Shown: piece by piece, positions 15,333-24,794 of the stretch
How positions within the stretch are numbered: the stretch's first letter is position 1
Layout of the letters: every line of letters begins with the position of its first letter
IMG/VR virus record: IMGVR_UViG_3300036791_000368
Location: 1-52,434 of that record
Strand: one strand, 5' to 3'
DNA: 52,434 nucleotides
From: a virus
Taxonomy: Duplodnaviria; Caudoviricetes
Notes under the pieces: generated by a model
The model's input: only the letters and a program-made list of their open reading frames with translations
What the model was told of the DNA's origin: nothing
Database searches by the model: none
Translations under genes and position numbers: made by a program

Positions 15333-16322
15333 TTGCAGATCATACGTACAAGCGACAGATCGTATTTCAAACGGTGTCGTGTGCTTTGGGATTATACAAG
15401 TAAGATCCGACAGAACTACGAACCAATTCAACGTATCGAGGCGCTAGACTTCGGTACAGCAATGCACAAGGCCCTAGAGGCTTATTACCAACCTACGACG
15501 TGGGGCAACCAAGGCCTGAAGGAGGCGAACACCCTTCAGGCCTTTAATAATGCCATCAAGGATATAGGGATAAAGGTACGAATAGGACCTCTAGAGTTCG
15601 AGGAACGTTGGAACGAGCTACGTCAGTTAGGTCTGGACATGCTCGTTTTTTATTTTGCCTATGCACAAAACCATGATGCCTTTACTCCTACGTTTGTAGA
15701 GATCGAGTTCGAGGTACCTATACCAGGAATGGATGGTGTAGTCTACCAAGGTCGTATCGACTTGATAGCCGACGACGAATACGGCTACTGGATCATTGAC
15801 CACAAGACGACGGCACAGTTCGGTGGTACGGAATGGTTGGCTCTAGATGACCAGTGTAGTTCGTATGCCTGGGCTATCTGGATGAAGCTAGGACTCCAAG
15901 TGCGTGGTGTTATCTTCAACGAGCTTCGGAAGAAGGCACCCTCGAAGCCTAGGGTACTGCTGAGTGGCCAGCTTAGCGTCGCTAAGAATCAAGATACAAC
16001 CTACGAAACGTACCTACAGGCCATCCGCGATGGTGGCTATAAGGAAGAAGCCTATCGTGACTTCCTGGACTACCTCAAGATGAACCAGAGGGAGTTCGTT
16101 CGTAGGACAAGGATCGTCTTTAGGCCTGAGACGCTTGCGATCGTTGAAAAGCGAATCCAGTTGGAAGCGCACGAGATGCTGGACAACCCAAGCATCTACC
16201 CAACACCTTCGAGGATGAACTGTAACGGTTGTTCGTTCTTTGCACCTTGTCTAGCTCTGCATGAAGGAAGAGATCCAGAAACAATCCTTGACGAAAACTA
16301 TGAACGGAGGGCAAATGCCTGA
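15333..16322 (+). CDS. PD-(D/E)XK (RecB/Cas4-like) exonuclease
   Basis: FGTAMHKALE, EIEF, GRIDLI, IIDHKT; one N-terminal Cys plus CxxCxxxxxC. Confidence 0.9.
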   Translation: MQIIRTSDRSYFKRCRVLWDYTSKIRQNYEPIQRIEALDFGTAMHKALEAYYQPTTWGNQGLKEANTLQAFNNAIKDIGIKVRIGPLEFEERWNELRQLGLDMLVFYFAYAQNHDAFTPTFVEIEFEVPIPGMDGVVYQGRIDLIADDEYGYWIIDHKTTAQFGGTEWLALDDQCSSYAWAIWMKLGLQVRGVIFNELRKKAPSKPRVLLSGQLSVAKNQDTTYETYLQAIRDGGYKEEAYRDFLDYLKMNQREFVRRTRIVFRPETLAIVEKRIQLEAHEMLDNPSIYPTPSRMNCNGCSFFAPCLALHEGRDPETILDENYERRANA

Positions 16323-16551
16323 TAAAGAAGAACTAGACCGACGCTTTACGTATCACCCACCAGACGCCGCGACTCGTGAGCTCCACGACGAGTGGCGTAA
16401 GCACGAGCGGTGGTACGCCGATCACATTAACGACCTTCCTGGAGGAGAAACAAGAGAGAAGTCGCTTGCTTTCACGGCACTAGAGGAAGCAACATTTTGG
16501 GTTCATGCCCACATCGCACGCAATCTCCATCCAAAGGAGAACAGTGCCTGA
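16315..16551 (+). CDS. Acb2/Tad1-like hairpin-domain protein (candidate anti-defence sponge)
   Basis: RFTYHPP...REKSLAFTALEEATFWVHAHIARN matches the pattern I recall for this domain family. Confidence 0.65.
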   Translation: MPDKEELDRRFTYHPPDAATRELHDEWRKHERWYADHINDLPGGETREKSLAFTALEEATFWVHAHIARNLHPKENSA

Positions 16552-17341
16552 GGCAAGAGACCTACTAGATGCACCTACACCCATACCCGCACCAGTGCTT
16601 ACACCAGACACAATAGCGGGTCTACGTATCGTATCGCCAGAGGCATACGAGTGGATCAAGCTGCTGGTGTATGGAGAACCTGGTGTTGGCAAGACACGCT
16701 TCGCAGGGTCAGCAGTACTAGTACCAGAGATGCAGCCAGTACTAGTACTAGACTTCGAGGGCGGTACGCTTTCACTACAGGACATGTCTGACATCAACAT
16801 CGTACGATTGACCTCTTGGGAGAAGGTCGATAGGTTGTACGGTAGCTTGTATGACAAGAACCCATACAAGACGATCGTTGTGGACAGCTTGTCCGAACTA
16901 CAGAAGTTCTCTATGTCAGAGATCATGAGGCAAGTAGTACAGAAGGACTCAGAGCGTGACCCTGACATCGCGTCACTACGTGAGTGGGGCAAGAGCAGTG
17001 AGCAAGTACGACGTTTCGTTAGAGCGTTTCGTGACCTACAGTGCAACGTAATATTCACAGCCCTCAACAGTGAGGACCGAGACGAGCGTACGAACACAAT
17101 CAAATCCAGACCAGGACTGCCAGGTAAGTTGAAGGGCGAAGTGTCTGGATACGTCGACATCGTGTTGTATATGTATAGAAAGGAGATACGAGTAGACGGA
17201 AATAGAAAGATACAAACACTGGTGCTAACCCAAGGAACGGAAAGACAACAAGCAAAAGACCGAAGTGGTAAGCTGCCTGAGCTCCTCGAAGCACCAACAA
17301 TGCAGGACGTTTACAACTACATCAGAGGAAGGGATTCATGA
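16544..17341 (+). CDS. AAA ATPase, Sak4-like recombination protein
   Basis: GEPGVGKT, LDFEGG, VVDSLSE; lies between the exonuclease and SSB. Confidence 0.85.
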   Translation: MPEARDLLDAPTPIPAPVLTPDTIAGLRIVSPEAYEWIKLLVYGEPGVGKTRFAGSAVLVPEMQPVLVLDFEGGTLSLQDMSDINIVRLTSWEKVDRLYGSLYDKNPYKTIVVDSLSELQKFSMSEIMRQVVQKDSERDPDIASLREWGKSSEQVRRFVRAFRDLQCNVIFTALNSEDRDERTNTIKSRPGLPGKLKGEVSGYVDIVLYMYRKEIRVDGNRKIQTLVLTQGTERQQAKDRSGKLPELLEAPTMQDVYNYIRGRDS

Positions 17342-17781
17342 GACTTAACCTAACCGACATCGACGACCGATCTTTTGAGCCACTGCCTGCAGGCAGATAC
17401 ATCCTGAAGGTCACCGGCTATGAGATGCGCGAGGTGAAGAACGACGGTAAGGTACCAAAGGGTACGCCCATGATCAACTGGGAGTTCACCGTCATCTCCG
17501 ACAACGGTGGGGATACCAAGTACGAGAACCGTAAGTTGTGGATGAATACAGTGATCCATGAACGGTCTCTTTTCAACCTCAAGGCGTTACTACGAGCGAG
17601 TGGCTCATTCTCACCCGAGCAGCTGGATGGGGAACTTGACTTCGAACCTGAAGACATCGTAGGGTCTGAGGTTGTCGCCGTCGTAGCTCAGCGACAGTAC
17701 AACGGTGACATGGTGAACGATGTCAAGCGCATCGTCAAGTTGGAAGAAGACAGTGAGGCTGCGAGCTCACTCTTGCCATAA
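17338..17781 (+). CDS. Single-stranded DNA-binding protein (DUF669-like)
   Basis: FEPLPAGRY..KV, acidic tail, position in the recombination module. Confidence 0.75.
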   Translation: MRLNLTDIDDRSFEPLPAGRYILKVTGYEMREVKNDGKVPKGTPMINWEFTVISDNGGDTKYENRKLWMNTVIHERSLFNLKALLRASGSFSPEQLDGELDFEPEDIVGSEVVAVVAQRQYNGDMVNDVKRIVKLEEDSEAASSLLP

Positions 17782-17842
17782 TCAGATCCTCGGGGGTAGG
17801 CGAAGGGCGTCTACCCCTGAGGCATACGAAGGGGATCTGATT
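17780..17842 (+). terminator. Branched/overlapping hairpin after ssb
   Basis: AATCAGATCC...GGATCTGATT, with competing CCTCGGGGGTAG...CTACCCCTGAGG. Confidence 0.5.
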
Positions 17843-18221
17843 GGTTACTGCCCAGTTTGTTGCCTATATTAAGAAAACACCTACCTGCTGGATATGGACA
17901 GGCACAGTAAGTACTGATGGCTACGGACACTATCGGAATAGACCGGCACATCGCGTAGCATACGAGCTGTACAAAGGGAAAATACCAGAGGGACTTCAGA
18001 TTGACCATGTATGTCGTAATGTTCTCTGTGTCAATCCCGACCATCTTGAGACGGTAACACTCCAGGAAAACCTACGACGTGCACCAGTCCGAGGCGGGCC
18101 ACGATGGAGATGCTGTATCCTTGGCCACGAGTTTACCCCTGAGAACACGTATGTCAGCCCGCGTGGTCTCAGAGTCTGTAAGGAATGCAGGAGGAATCGT
18201 AACACCCATAAGCGTAGTTAG
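17841..18221 (+). CDS. HNH homing endonuclease
   Basis: CWIWTG, AHRVAYE, IDHVCRNVLCVNPDHL, C-terminal CKEC. Confidence 0.92.
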   Translation: MVTAQFVAYIKKTPTCWIWTGTVSTDGYGHYRNRPAHRVAYELYKGKIPEGLQIDHVCRNVLCVNPDHLETVTLQENLRRAPVRGGPRWRCCILGHEFTPENTYVSPRGLRVCKECRRNRNTHKRS

Positions 18222-18236
18222 AGGGGGGGATAGATA

Positions 18237-20417
18237 TTGGCTGCTGTCCCTATTCTCGTTCTCTCCGAAGAGACTGCACTTCGGAGAGAAACATTCTTCA
18301 GAGTCGTATTCGATAGGGCACCTTCAGGTTACCTCTGTATCGCACGACGCGTGGCGGGCAAAGGTGCGTTTGAGGAACAGTTCTTTCGATGGCCAGATGA
18401 TCTAGAGGCGCTTAGCGAATACATAAACGAATCGGTAATGAACCATGATGTCTGGTTCTGTCCGATGTTGTTTGATGCTCCTGCCAGAAAGAAGGAGCAT
18501 GTCGACATCTGTCCTTCAGTTTGGGCCGACTTAGATACTTGTACGCCTGACCTACTACTCATCCCGCCTACAGTAGTTATCGAGTCTAGCTCCAAGCGGT
18601 ATCAGGCTCTCTGGCTACTCGACCCTCCAGTAGAACCACTCGAGGCAGAAGATGCTTCGAAGAAGGTAGCGTACTTCCACGCTGAGCAAGGAGCAGACAA
18701 GTCCGGTTGGGATCTTACCCAGCTGCTACGAGTACCGTTCACACTCAACTACAAGTACGTACCACCTGCAACAGTCACAGTAAGCGGAGCAGGCGATCCT
18801 GTTAACATAGTTGACTTCGCTGTCTACCCTGTGGTAACTGAAGACGTCTCAGCGATGTGGCCGTTTCCGGATTCGATAGAGGATTCGCAAACGCTTCTAG
18901 ACCGATATAAGAACGACATCGACCAATCGGTCTGGCCTCTACTACAACTAGAGCCACGAGACGATTGGTCAAAGGCGCTCTGGAACCTAGAGATGTTACT
19001 AAGCGAGTCGTCGCTATCACGTGAAGACATCTTTAGCATCGTACGCGATGCGAAGTGTAATAAGTACAAACGCGATGGCAGAAGTGAGAAGCTACTGTGG
19101 CGTGAAGTATGTAAAGCCTGGGCGAAGGTTCGTGAACGTAGTGAGGTCATAGAGAGTGCAACAGCATTTAAGAATCCTGATCTACTGTCTGATGGTGACA
19201 TGCAAGCAGTACAGAAGGATAGAACCTTCATAGAGGAATATGTCGACTGGGCTAAGGGTGTCGGCGATGCTGCAGAGGTATATCACCATGCAGGCGCGTT
19301 CATGTGTCTAAGTTGTATACTAGCTGGGTCAGTTCAACTACAGACGTCGTTCGGTCCAATAGCTCCTAACATGTGGTTCCTATTGTTAGCTGATACCACG
19401 TTGACAAGGAAGTCAACTGCACTAGACTTAGCAGTCGACCTTATTGTCGAAGTAGATGCTGACATTGTCCTTGCGACGGATGGTTCTATCGAAGGCTTGT
19501 TCTCAGCACTAGCAACAAGACCAGGAAGACCTAGTCTGTTCTTGCGTGACGAGTTCAGTGGCTTCATCGAAGTCATAACCAAACGGGACTACTATGCAGG
19601 TATGCCTGAGACGCTGACTAAGATGTATGACGGGCGATATCAGAAACGTCAACTGCGTAGGGAAGTGATCGAGGTTAGGGATCCTGTACTCTGCTTGTTC
19701 GCTGGAGGTATCAAGAGTAAGATACTGTGGCTGTTAGGTGATGAGTTCGTTTACTCAGGGTTCCTACCACGATTCGTCTTCGTCACAGCAAAGTCGAACC
19801 TAGGTAAGTTGAGGCCGTTAGGTCCGCCTAATGATCGAACGATCTCTGGTCGTGAGATGTTAGTAGCTAAACTAGCCACTATCAAGACTCGATACCAAAG
19901 TGAAGTCGAAGTCAAAGCAGGAAGCATCAAGGTTCCAGTACGTGCTCTACATGACGTACAGTTAACTCCAGACGCATGGAGACTGTACAACAATATGGAA
20001 CTGAAGCTACTAGAGTCAGGTATCAAAAGTACTGTACAGGATATGTTGACACCAACGATGGACCGACTAGCTAAGTCAGGACTGAAGGCTTCGATACTGA
20101 TTGCAGCTAGCAGAGTACCTAACAGTCGGGTAACTGTTACTGAAGGTGATGTTCTAAAGGCGTTTCAGTACGTCACACAGTGGCGTGAGTTTGCAATGGA
20201 GGTGATGGCTGGTATTGGAATGAGTCAACAGGAGAAGCAGATCGAGGTCCTCTTCAGCGCCATTAAGCGTAACCCTGGTGTTACGCGAAGTGAATTGATG
20301 AGGAACTACCATCTGACCAAGCGAGAAGCCGACTCAACGTTCGATACACTAGAACAGCGAGGGTTGATTGCACGAGTGAAGACTAAGGGAACCGAACGTC
20401 TAACAGCGATCCTATAA
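18237..20417 (+). CDS. Primase-helicase (RepB-like primase plus DUF3987-like helicase)
   Basis: VWADLD, ESSSKRYQALW, LLRVPFTLNYK; TRKSTAL, RDEFSG, SGFLPRF; C-terminal winged helix. Confidence 0.85.
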   Translation: MAAVPILVLSEETALRRETFFRVVFDRAPSGYLCIARRVAGKGAFEEQFFRWPDDLEALSEYINESVMNHDVWFCPMLFDAPARKKEHVDICPSVWADLDTCTPDLLLIPPTVVIESSSKRYQALWLLDPPVEPLEAEDASKKVAYFHAEQGADKSGWDLTQLLRVPFTLNYKYVPPATVTVSGAGDPVNIVDFAVYPVVTEDVSAMWPFPDSIEDSQTLLDRYKNDIDQSVWPLLQLEPRDDWSKALWNLEMLLSESSLSREDIFSIVRDAKCNKYKRDGRSEKLLWREVCKAWAKVRERSEVIESATAFKNPDLLSDGDMQAVQKDRTFIEEYVDWAKGVGDAAEVYHHAGAFMCLSCILAGSVQLQTSFGPIAPNMWFLLLADTTLTRKSTALDLAVDLIVEVDADIVLATDGSIEGLFSALATRPGRPSLFLRDEFSGFIEVITKRDYYAGMPETLTKMYDGRYQKRQLRREVIEVRDPVLCLFAGGIKSKILWLLGDEFVYSGFLPRFVFVTAKSNLGKLRPLGPPNDRTISGREMLVAKLATIKTRYQSEVEVKAGSIKVPVRALHDVQLTPDAWRLYNNMELKLLESGIKSTVQDMLTPTMDRLAKSGLKASILIAASRVPNSRVTVTEGDVLKAFQYVTQWREFAMEVMAGIGMSQQEKQIEVLFSAIKRNPGVTRSELMRNYHLTKREADSTFDTLEQRGLIARVKTKGTERLTAIL

Positions 20418-20425
20418 GGAGGAAC

Positions 20426-21097
20426 ATGGAAACTGGTATAGTCATCTTGTCAGGAGGCATGGATTCAACTACGCTAGCGTACTACCTGCACAAGATGTAT
20501 GAGTTTGACTGGCACTACCTGTCGTTTGATTACGGACAACGACACGTAAAGGAACTAAGTTATGCTGCGGCAACCGCAGAGACTTTGGGTGCTAGACATG
20601 ACGTCATCAATCTACAGCAGATCGGTAAGCTCATGGAGTCGTCTGAAAGCGTCCTTGTGAACCTTGACATGAAGGTACCAGAAGGACATTACGCAGAGGA
20701 GTCGATGAAGGCAACAGTAGTACCGAATCGAAACTCGATCATGCTGGCTATAGCGTGTGGTGTTGCGGTAGCTGAGCAAGCTACGTTCGTCGCAGCAGGT
20801 ATGCACGCAGGAGATCACTTCATCTATCCAGACTGCAGACCAGAGTTCGTAACTGCATTTGAACAAGCAGAGGCACTTGCGAACGATGGGTTCTGGGAAG
20901 CTCGACTCTACACACCGTTCATCGAATTAACCAAAACGACCATCGTAGGTGTGGGAGAAGAGTTCGGAGTACCATGGAACGGTACGTGGTCATGCTACGT
21001 TGGTGGAGCTAAGCATTGTGGCAAGTGCGGAACTTGTAACGAACGACGTGAAGCATTCTCGTTGGCAGGCGTAGTAGATCCGACTGAGTATGAATAA
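20426..21097 (+). CDS. queC: 7-cyano-7-deazaguanine synthase
   Basis: SGGMDS, YGQRH, VPNRN, YPDCR, SCY..CGKCGTC. Confidence 0.97.
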   Translation: METGIVILSGGMDSTTLAYYLHKMYEFDWHYLSFDYGQRHVKELSYAAATAETLGARHDVINLQQIGKLMESSESVLVNLDMKVPEGHYAEESMKATVVPNRNSIMLAIACGVAVAEQATFVAAGMHAGDHFIYPDCRPEFVTAFEQAEALANDGFWEARLYTPFIELTKTTIVGVGEEFGVPWNGTWSCYVGGAKHCGKCGTCNERREAFSLAGVVDPTEYE

Positions 21098-21254
21098 GAC
21101 ACAGTGGACATCGTGGTGTAGTCAGCACAACTGCCGTCCTGAGGATTGCTGGGATATACATAATCCAACACACGGAAAGATCCGGACTAAGACAAAAGAA
21201 GAAACAGAAGAGGAGGTGAAGCAGCGACATGCAAACATTAAAGGTGCGCCATAA
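21090..21254 (+). CDS. Small Cys/His protein (54 aa, not in ORF track)
   Basis: WCSQHNCRPEDCWDIH; fills the queC-queD gap. Confidence 0.45.
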   Translation: MNKTQWTSWCSQHNCRPEDCWDIHNPTHGKIRTKTKEETEEEVKQRHANIKGAP

Positions 21255-21666
21255 CATAGAAGTAGCACACAGACTGAGCCTGCTGAAGGGGAAGTGCGAA
21301 CATATTCACGGGCACAGTATGTGGACAGTCGTGGAGTTTGAAGGGCCTGTGAACCCTAAGGGTGTGTTACTGGGTCTAGACTTCCACGATGTAAAGGCTG
21401 TATACAGACACCACCTGGATACAGTCTACGATCATCACTTGCTACTTAACGACCAGGATCCGCTACTAACTATGTTGGGTACGAATGCCTACGAGCTGTA
21501 CTACCCAGGACTCAAGACCTGCGACGGAGATCCTACGACAGAGAACATCGCCAAGTGGATAGGTGTATGGGCTCTAAGTGAGTTCGACACAAGTGGGTTA
21601 GCCCGAGTCAAAGTGGAGGTCTGGGAGACGCAGGTGAATAGCGCAACGTGGGAGGTAAGCGCATGA
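21229..21666 (+). CDS. queD: 6-carboxy-5,6,7,8-tetrahydropterin synthase
   Basis: AHRL..KCEHIHGHS, DHHLLLN, PTTENIA, VWET. Confidence 0.95.
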   Translation: MQTLKVRHNIEVAHRLSLLKGKCEHIHGHSMWTVVEFEGPVNPKGVLLGLDFHDVKAVYRHHLDTVYDHHLLLNDQDPLLTMLGTNAYELYYPGLKTCDGDPTTENIAKWIGVWALSEFDTSGLARVKVEVWETQVNSATWEVSA

Positions 21667-22349
21667 AGAAGTTCAAAGTCAACGAGGTGTATTCAAGCAT
21701 TCAGGGTGAGGGACCACGTGTAGGTACACCTACGATCTTCGCCCGGTTCTCAGGATGCAACATGAGGTGTCCGGCTTGGCCTTGTGATACACCATATGCA
21801 ATCTATCCTGACATATGGAAGCATGATCCAACAATGGACGTCGGAGAAGTTGTAGCCAAGATCAACGAGCATCCAGGAACAAATGTCTGCATAACAGGCG
21901 GCGAACCGACAATGCAGCCAGAAGAACTACTCGAGGAACTAGTAGAGATTCTGACTGGTCAAGGCTACACAGTCGACATGTTCACGAACGGTTCCTTGAA
22001 ACAGTTTCCTGATTGGATAGCACTGGACCCTGTTGTAGTGATCATGGACTGGAAGCTAGAAGGATCAGGAGAAGCTGAACGAGGCCTAGACGTACGAACA
22101 CAGAACGTCAAGATGCTGCGACGGAAGGATGCTATTAAGTTCGTAGTCGCAAGTGAGGATGACCTCGAGGAAGCATTCACCCTGTGGAAAGATATGAAGG
22201 GCGTCCCCGTAGAGTTCTACGTAGGCGCTGCGTGGAACCTATTCGCAGAAGCAGACCTGGTTAACTGGATACTTGAACGGAACGTACCATGGAAGCTAAA
22301 TGTACAGATACATAAGTACATCTTCCCAGATAAGGATAGAGGAATATGA
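21663..22349 (+). CDS. queE: 7-carboxy-7-deazaguanine synthase (radical SAM)
   Basis: SIQGEG, RFSGCNMRCPAWPCDT (CX3CX4C variant), TGGEP, QIHK. Confidence 0.95.
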   Translation: MKKFKVNEVYSSIQGEGPRVGTPTIFARFSGCNMRCPAWPCDTPYAIYPDIWKHDPTMDVGEVVAKINEHPGTNVCITGGEPTMQPEELLEELVEILTGQGYTVDMFTNGSLKQFPDWIALDPVVVIMDWKLEGSGEAERGLDVRTQNVKMLRRKDAIKFVVASEDDLEEAFTLWKDMKGVPVEFYVGAAWNLFAEADLVNWILERNVPWKLNVQIHKYIFPDKDRGI

Positions 22350-22675
22350 TTAGTTGGGAATACCTAGCAGGGTTCATCGATGGCGAAGGCTGTATCAAAT
22401 GCTACAGGTCTGGTGGTGAGTATAAGAACCTAGAACGAAAGAAGTTACGTCCTCGAATAACAATCGGTCAGAAGGATCGTGAAGTTCTTGACGAGATACA
22501 AACGTTCCTAGGTACTAATCTGAAGGTCACGCTTAGCTACGACTGTCACTACCTTCAAATCTGTTCGGTATACCACGTACGTAGAATACTCACCAACATT
22601 CTACCGTACCTGGTTGTTAAGCGTAAGGACGCTGAAGAGGCACTAGCACTACTAGGGGTTGAAAGGGGTATTTGA
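22346..22675 (+). mobile_element. Free-standing single-motif LAGLIDADG endonuclease
   Basis: YLAGFIDGEGCI, ITIGQKDREVLDEIQ, ILPYLVVKR. Confidence 0.85.
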
Positions 22676-23244
22676 TGGGGAGAGGCGAGGCATACATAGC
22701 CGGTCAAGACAACTCAACGGACTGTATCGCAACCTTTCTGACTCGAGAAGTACGAACACTATCAAAGGAAGCACAGACGAATACACCGCGAAGGTTCGTT
22801 GAAGCCTTCCGTGAGTTGATGGGTAAGAACGACGAAGACTGGAAGTTTACTACGTTCCAGTCTGACTGCGACGAGATGGTGCTAGTTCGTGAGATCAAGT
22901 TCGTATCGATGTGCGAACATCACTTGTTACCGTTCCTAGGTCAGGCGCATGTAGGTTATATTCCACAGGGGCAGATAGCGGGGCTTAGCAAGATCGCTCG
23001 AGCAGTACGGTGGAAAGCGCGAGGTATATGGGCTCAGGAGAATCTCACAATGGCGATAGCCTCTTTCCTAGAGCAGTCACTGGAGCCTCGGGGTGTTGCT
23101 GTAGTACTAGAGGCTGAGCATACATGTATGGCTATACGAGGTGTTAAAGCAGACGGCACAAAGACTACGACATCGGCTATGCGTGGCGCGTTCAGAGAAG
23201 AAGGTAACTATGCACGAGCAGAGTTCTTGGGTCTCCTACGATGA
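22675..23244 (+). CDS. folE: GTP cyclohydrolase I
   Basis: TPRR, SMCEHHLLPF, GLSKIAR, QENLT, AEHTCMAIRGV. Confidence 0.97.
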   Translation: MGRGEAYIAGQDNSTDCIATFLTREVRTLSKEAQTNTPRRFVEAFRELMGKNDEDWKFTTFQSDCDEMVLVREIKFVSMCEHHLLPFLGQAHVGYIPQGQIAGLSKIARAVRWKARGIWAQENLTMAIASFLEQSLEPRGVAVVLEAEHTCMAIRGVKADGTKTTTSAMRGAFREEGNYARAEFLGLLR

Positions 23245-23495
23245 GTGAGTTCCGAGCGTTCAGACTAGAGCGCCTAGAGGACGAGACAGGCGTGTCCGGT
23301 ACAGGGTTTGTGGCCGAGGGTGTGCAGTTCTCAGACGGCACCGTAGCGCTACGTTGGATGACCGAGTGGCCGACAAGCGTAGTGTTTCACGACCGCGGCA
23401 TCGAAGCAGTCAAAGCAGTACACGGACATAATGGCAAGACGCGCATCGTCTGGTCTTGGGACTACGGACCAGACGATGCAAAGGAGGAGACATGA
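23241..23495 (+). CDS. Hypothetical protein
   Basis: DETGVSGTGFVAEGVQFSDG...HGHNG, a pattern I recall from actinophage proteins. Confidence 0.75.
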   Translation: MSEFRAFRLERLEDETGVSGTGFVAEGVQFSDGTVALRWMTEWPTSVVFHDRGIEAVKAVHGHNGKTRIVWSWDYGPDDAKEET

Positions 23496-23605
23496 CGGGC
23501 TCCTACTATACCAACCTTCATCAGGGACTCGGGATTATCCTTTTCGGCGCAGTCGGATTGATTGCTTTCGCGCTCCTGTTTCTCCAGATGTGGAGGTCTA
23601 AATGA
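23492..23605 (+). CDS. Small membrane protein (37 aa, not in ORF track)
   Basis: AGGAGG RBS, single hydrophobic helix, ATGA overlap at both ends. Confidence 0.6.
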   Translation: MTGSYYTNLHQGLGIILFGAVGLIAFALLFLQMWRSK

Positions 23606-23904
23606 GGTCGATTGAGGACTACATCCAAGAGATGGAAGAAGACTCGCGCAGGTGGTTCGATATTGAGGAGGGATGGGATATCACGACTCTAGTGTTAGGC
23701 CTAGCAGGCGAGACCGGAGAGGTTTGCGACCTGATCAAGAAGTGGCGTCGAGGTAGTTTGACGTACCAGGACATCGAAGCAAACCTGCAAACGGAACTCA
23801 TTGATGTGTTCCACTACTGGTGCCTACTAATAGGTCTACTGAAGATCGACGTAGACGAAGTATATCGAGCCAAGAGGGAGTTTAACATTGCCAGATTCGA
23901 ATGA
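23602..23904 (+). CDS. mazG: MazG-like nucleotide pyrophosphohydrolase
   Basis: GLAGETGEVCDLIKK...ELIDVFHY. Confidence 0.9.
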   Translation: MRSIEDYIQEMEEDSRRWFDIEEGWDITTLVLGLAGETGEVCDLIKKWRRGSLTYQDIEANLQTELIDVFHYWCLLIGLLKIDVDEVYRAKREFNIARFE

Positions 23905-24154
23905 CCCCGTAAACCACCCTCCGCATTACAATGCCCATCCAAGTGGTATTGAGTGTATCACTATCGTGGAGCACTTCAACTTCAACATAGGTAATGCCAT
24001 TAAGTACCTGTGGCGGCAAGGACTAAAAGCGAACTCGTTGGAGGACTTGGAGAAGGCTGTCTGGTATATCAACCGTGAAATAGAAAGGAGGACTAAGGAT
24101 GGAGTCGGCGCTGATCGTACCGTTGTCAATGATGGACCGAACGGAGAACTTTGA
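23888..24154 (+). CDS. DUF3310-like protein
   Basis: DPVNHPPHY, GNAIKYLWR, EDLEKAVWY. Confidence 0.85.
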   Translation: MPDSNDPVNHPPHYNAHPSGIECITIVEHFNFNIGNAIKYLWRQGLKANSLEDLEKAVWYINREIERRTKDGVGADRTVVNDGPNGEL

Positions 24155-24794
24155 CTACCATATGATCCTGCCTCAAATGGCGACTAACGAGCAGTACTAT
24201 AACTTCTATGCGAACGTTGAAGGTTTCAAGATACTCGACAACGGAGCTGCTGAAGGTCACTGGATTCGCTCTGAGGACTTACTATACTTAGCATGGAACC
24301 TTCAAGTAGACGAAGTGATAGCTCCTGACGTATTAGGAGACATGTCTGCTACACTTCGACTCTTGAAAGGGTTTATGTATGTAGGTCAGTCTTACAGGGT
24401 GATGGCAGTACTGCACGCTGAGACGTGGAAAGAGTTCAATACCATCTTCAATGCAGCCATAGACCTAAACGTAGTAAGTGTAGCACTGCCTCGAATGTTG
24501 GCAGAGACACTAGGGCCTATGGCTAGACTACGAGGTGCAGAGCTCATACGGAAGTACTCGCCTATACCTATCCACGCACTAGGATGTACAAACAGGATCG
24601 TAGAAGCGTTAGACCTGAAGCACCAAGGAATAGTTCGTGGCATTGACTCGTCTGCCCCTGTGGTGTTGGGTCTACAAGGACGGGACCTTGCACAAACATA
24701 TACAACAAAGAGGCCGAAGGACTTCTTCGACCTACCAGAAACGCCTCAAGCGTTACGAAACCTAAACTTGTTCAGACGTTGGTGCAGTACATGA
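24099..24794 (+). CDS. TGT-fold protein, putative divergent DpdA deazaguanine DNA transglycosylase
   Basis: ILDNG (compare TGT DSG), APDV, MAVLH, IHALG, GIDSS in TGT motif order; located between the que cluster and DNA polymerase. Confidence 0.65.
   Translation: MESALIVPLSMMDRTENFDYHMILPQMATNEQYYNFYANVEGFKILDNGAAEGHWIRSEDLLYLAWNLQVDEVIAPDVLGDMSATLRLLKGFMYVGQSYRVMAVLHAETWKEFNTIFNAAIDLNVVSVALPRMLAETLGPMARLRGAELIRKYSPIPIHALGCTNRIVEALDLKHQGIVRGIDSSAPVVLGLQGRDLAQTYTTKRPKDFFDLPETPQALRNLNLFRRWCST

Noticed and set aside
15333-16322. Cas4 as part of a CRISPR system
   Set aside because: Its context (AAA ATPase, SSB) is the usual phage recombination module.
17780-18236. Group I intron carrying the HNH gene
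   Set aside because: The flanking ssb and primase genes look complete and no intron core was recognised; treated as a free-standing HNH.
20426-24794. Archaeosine (dG+) or preQ1 pathway
   Set aside because: No QueF, QueF-like, ArcS or Gat-QueC sequence was recognised; QueC is standard length.
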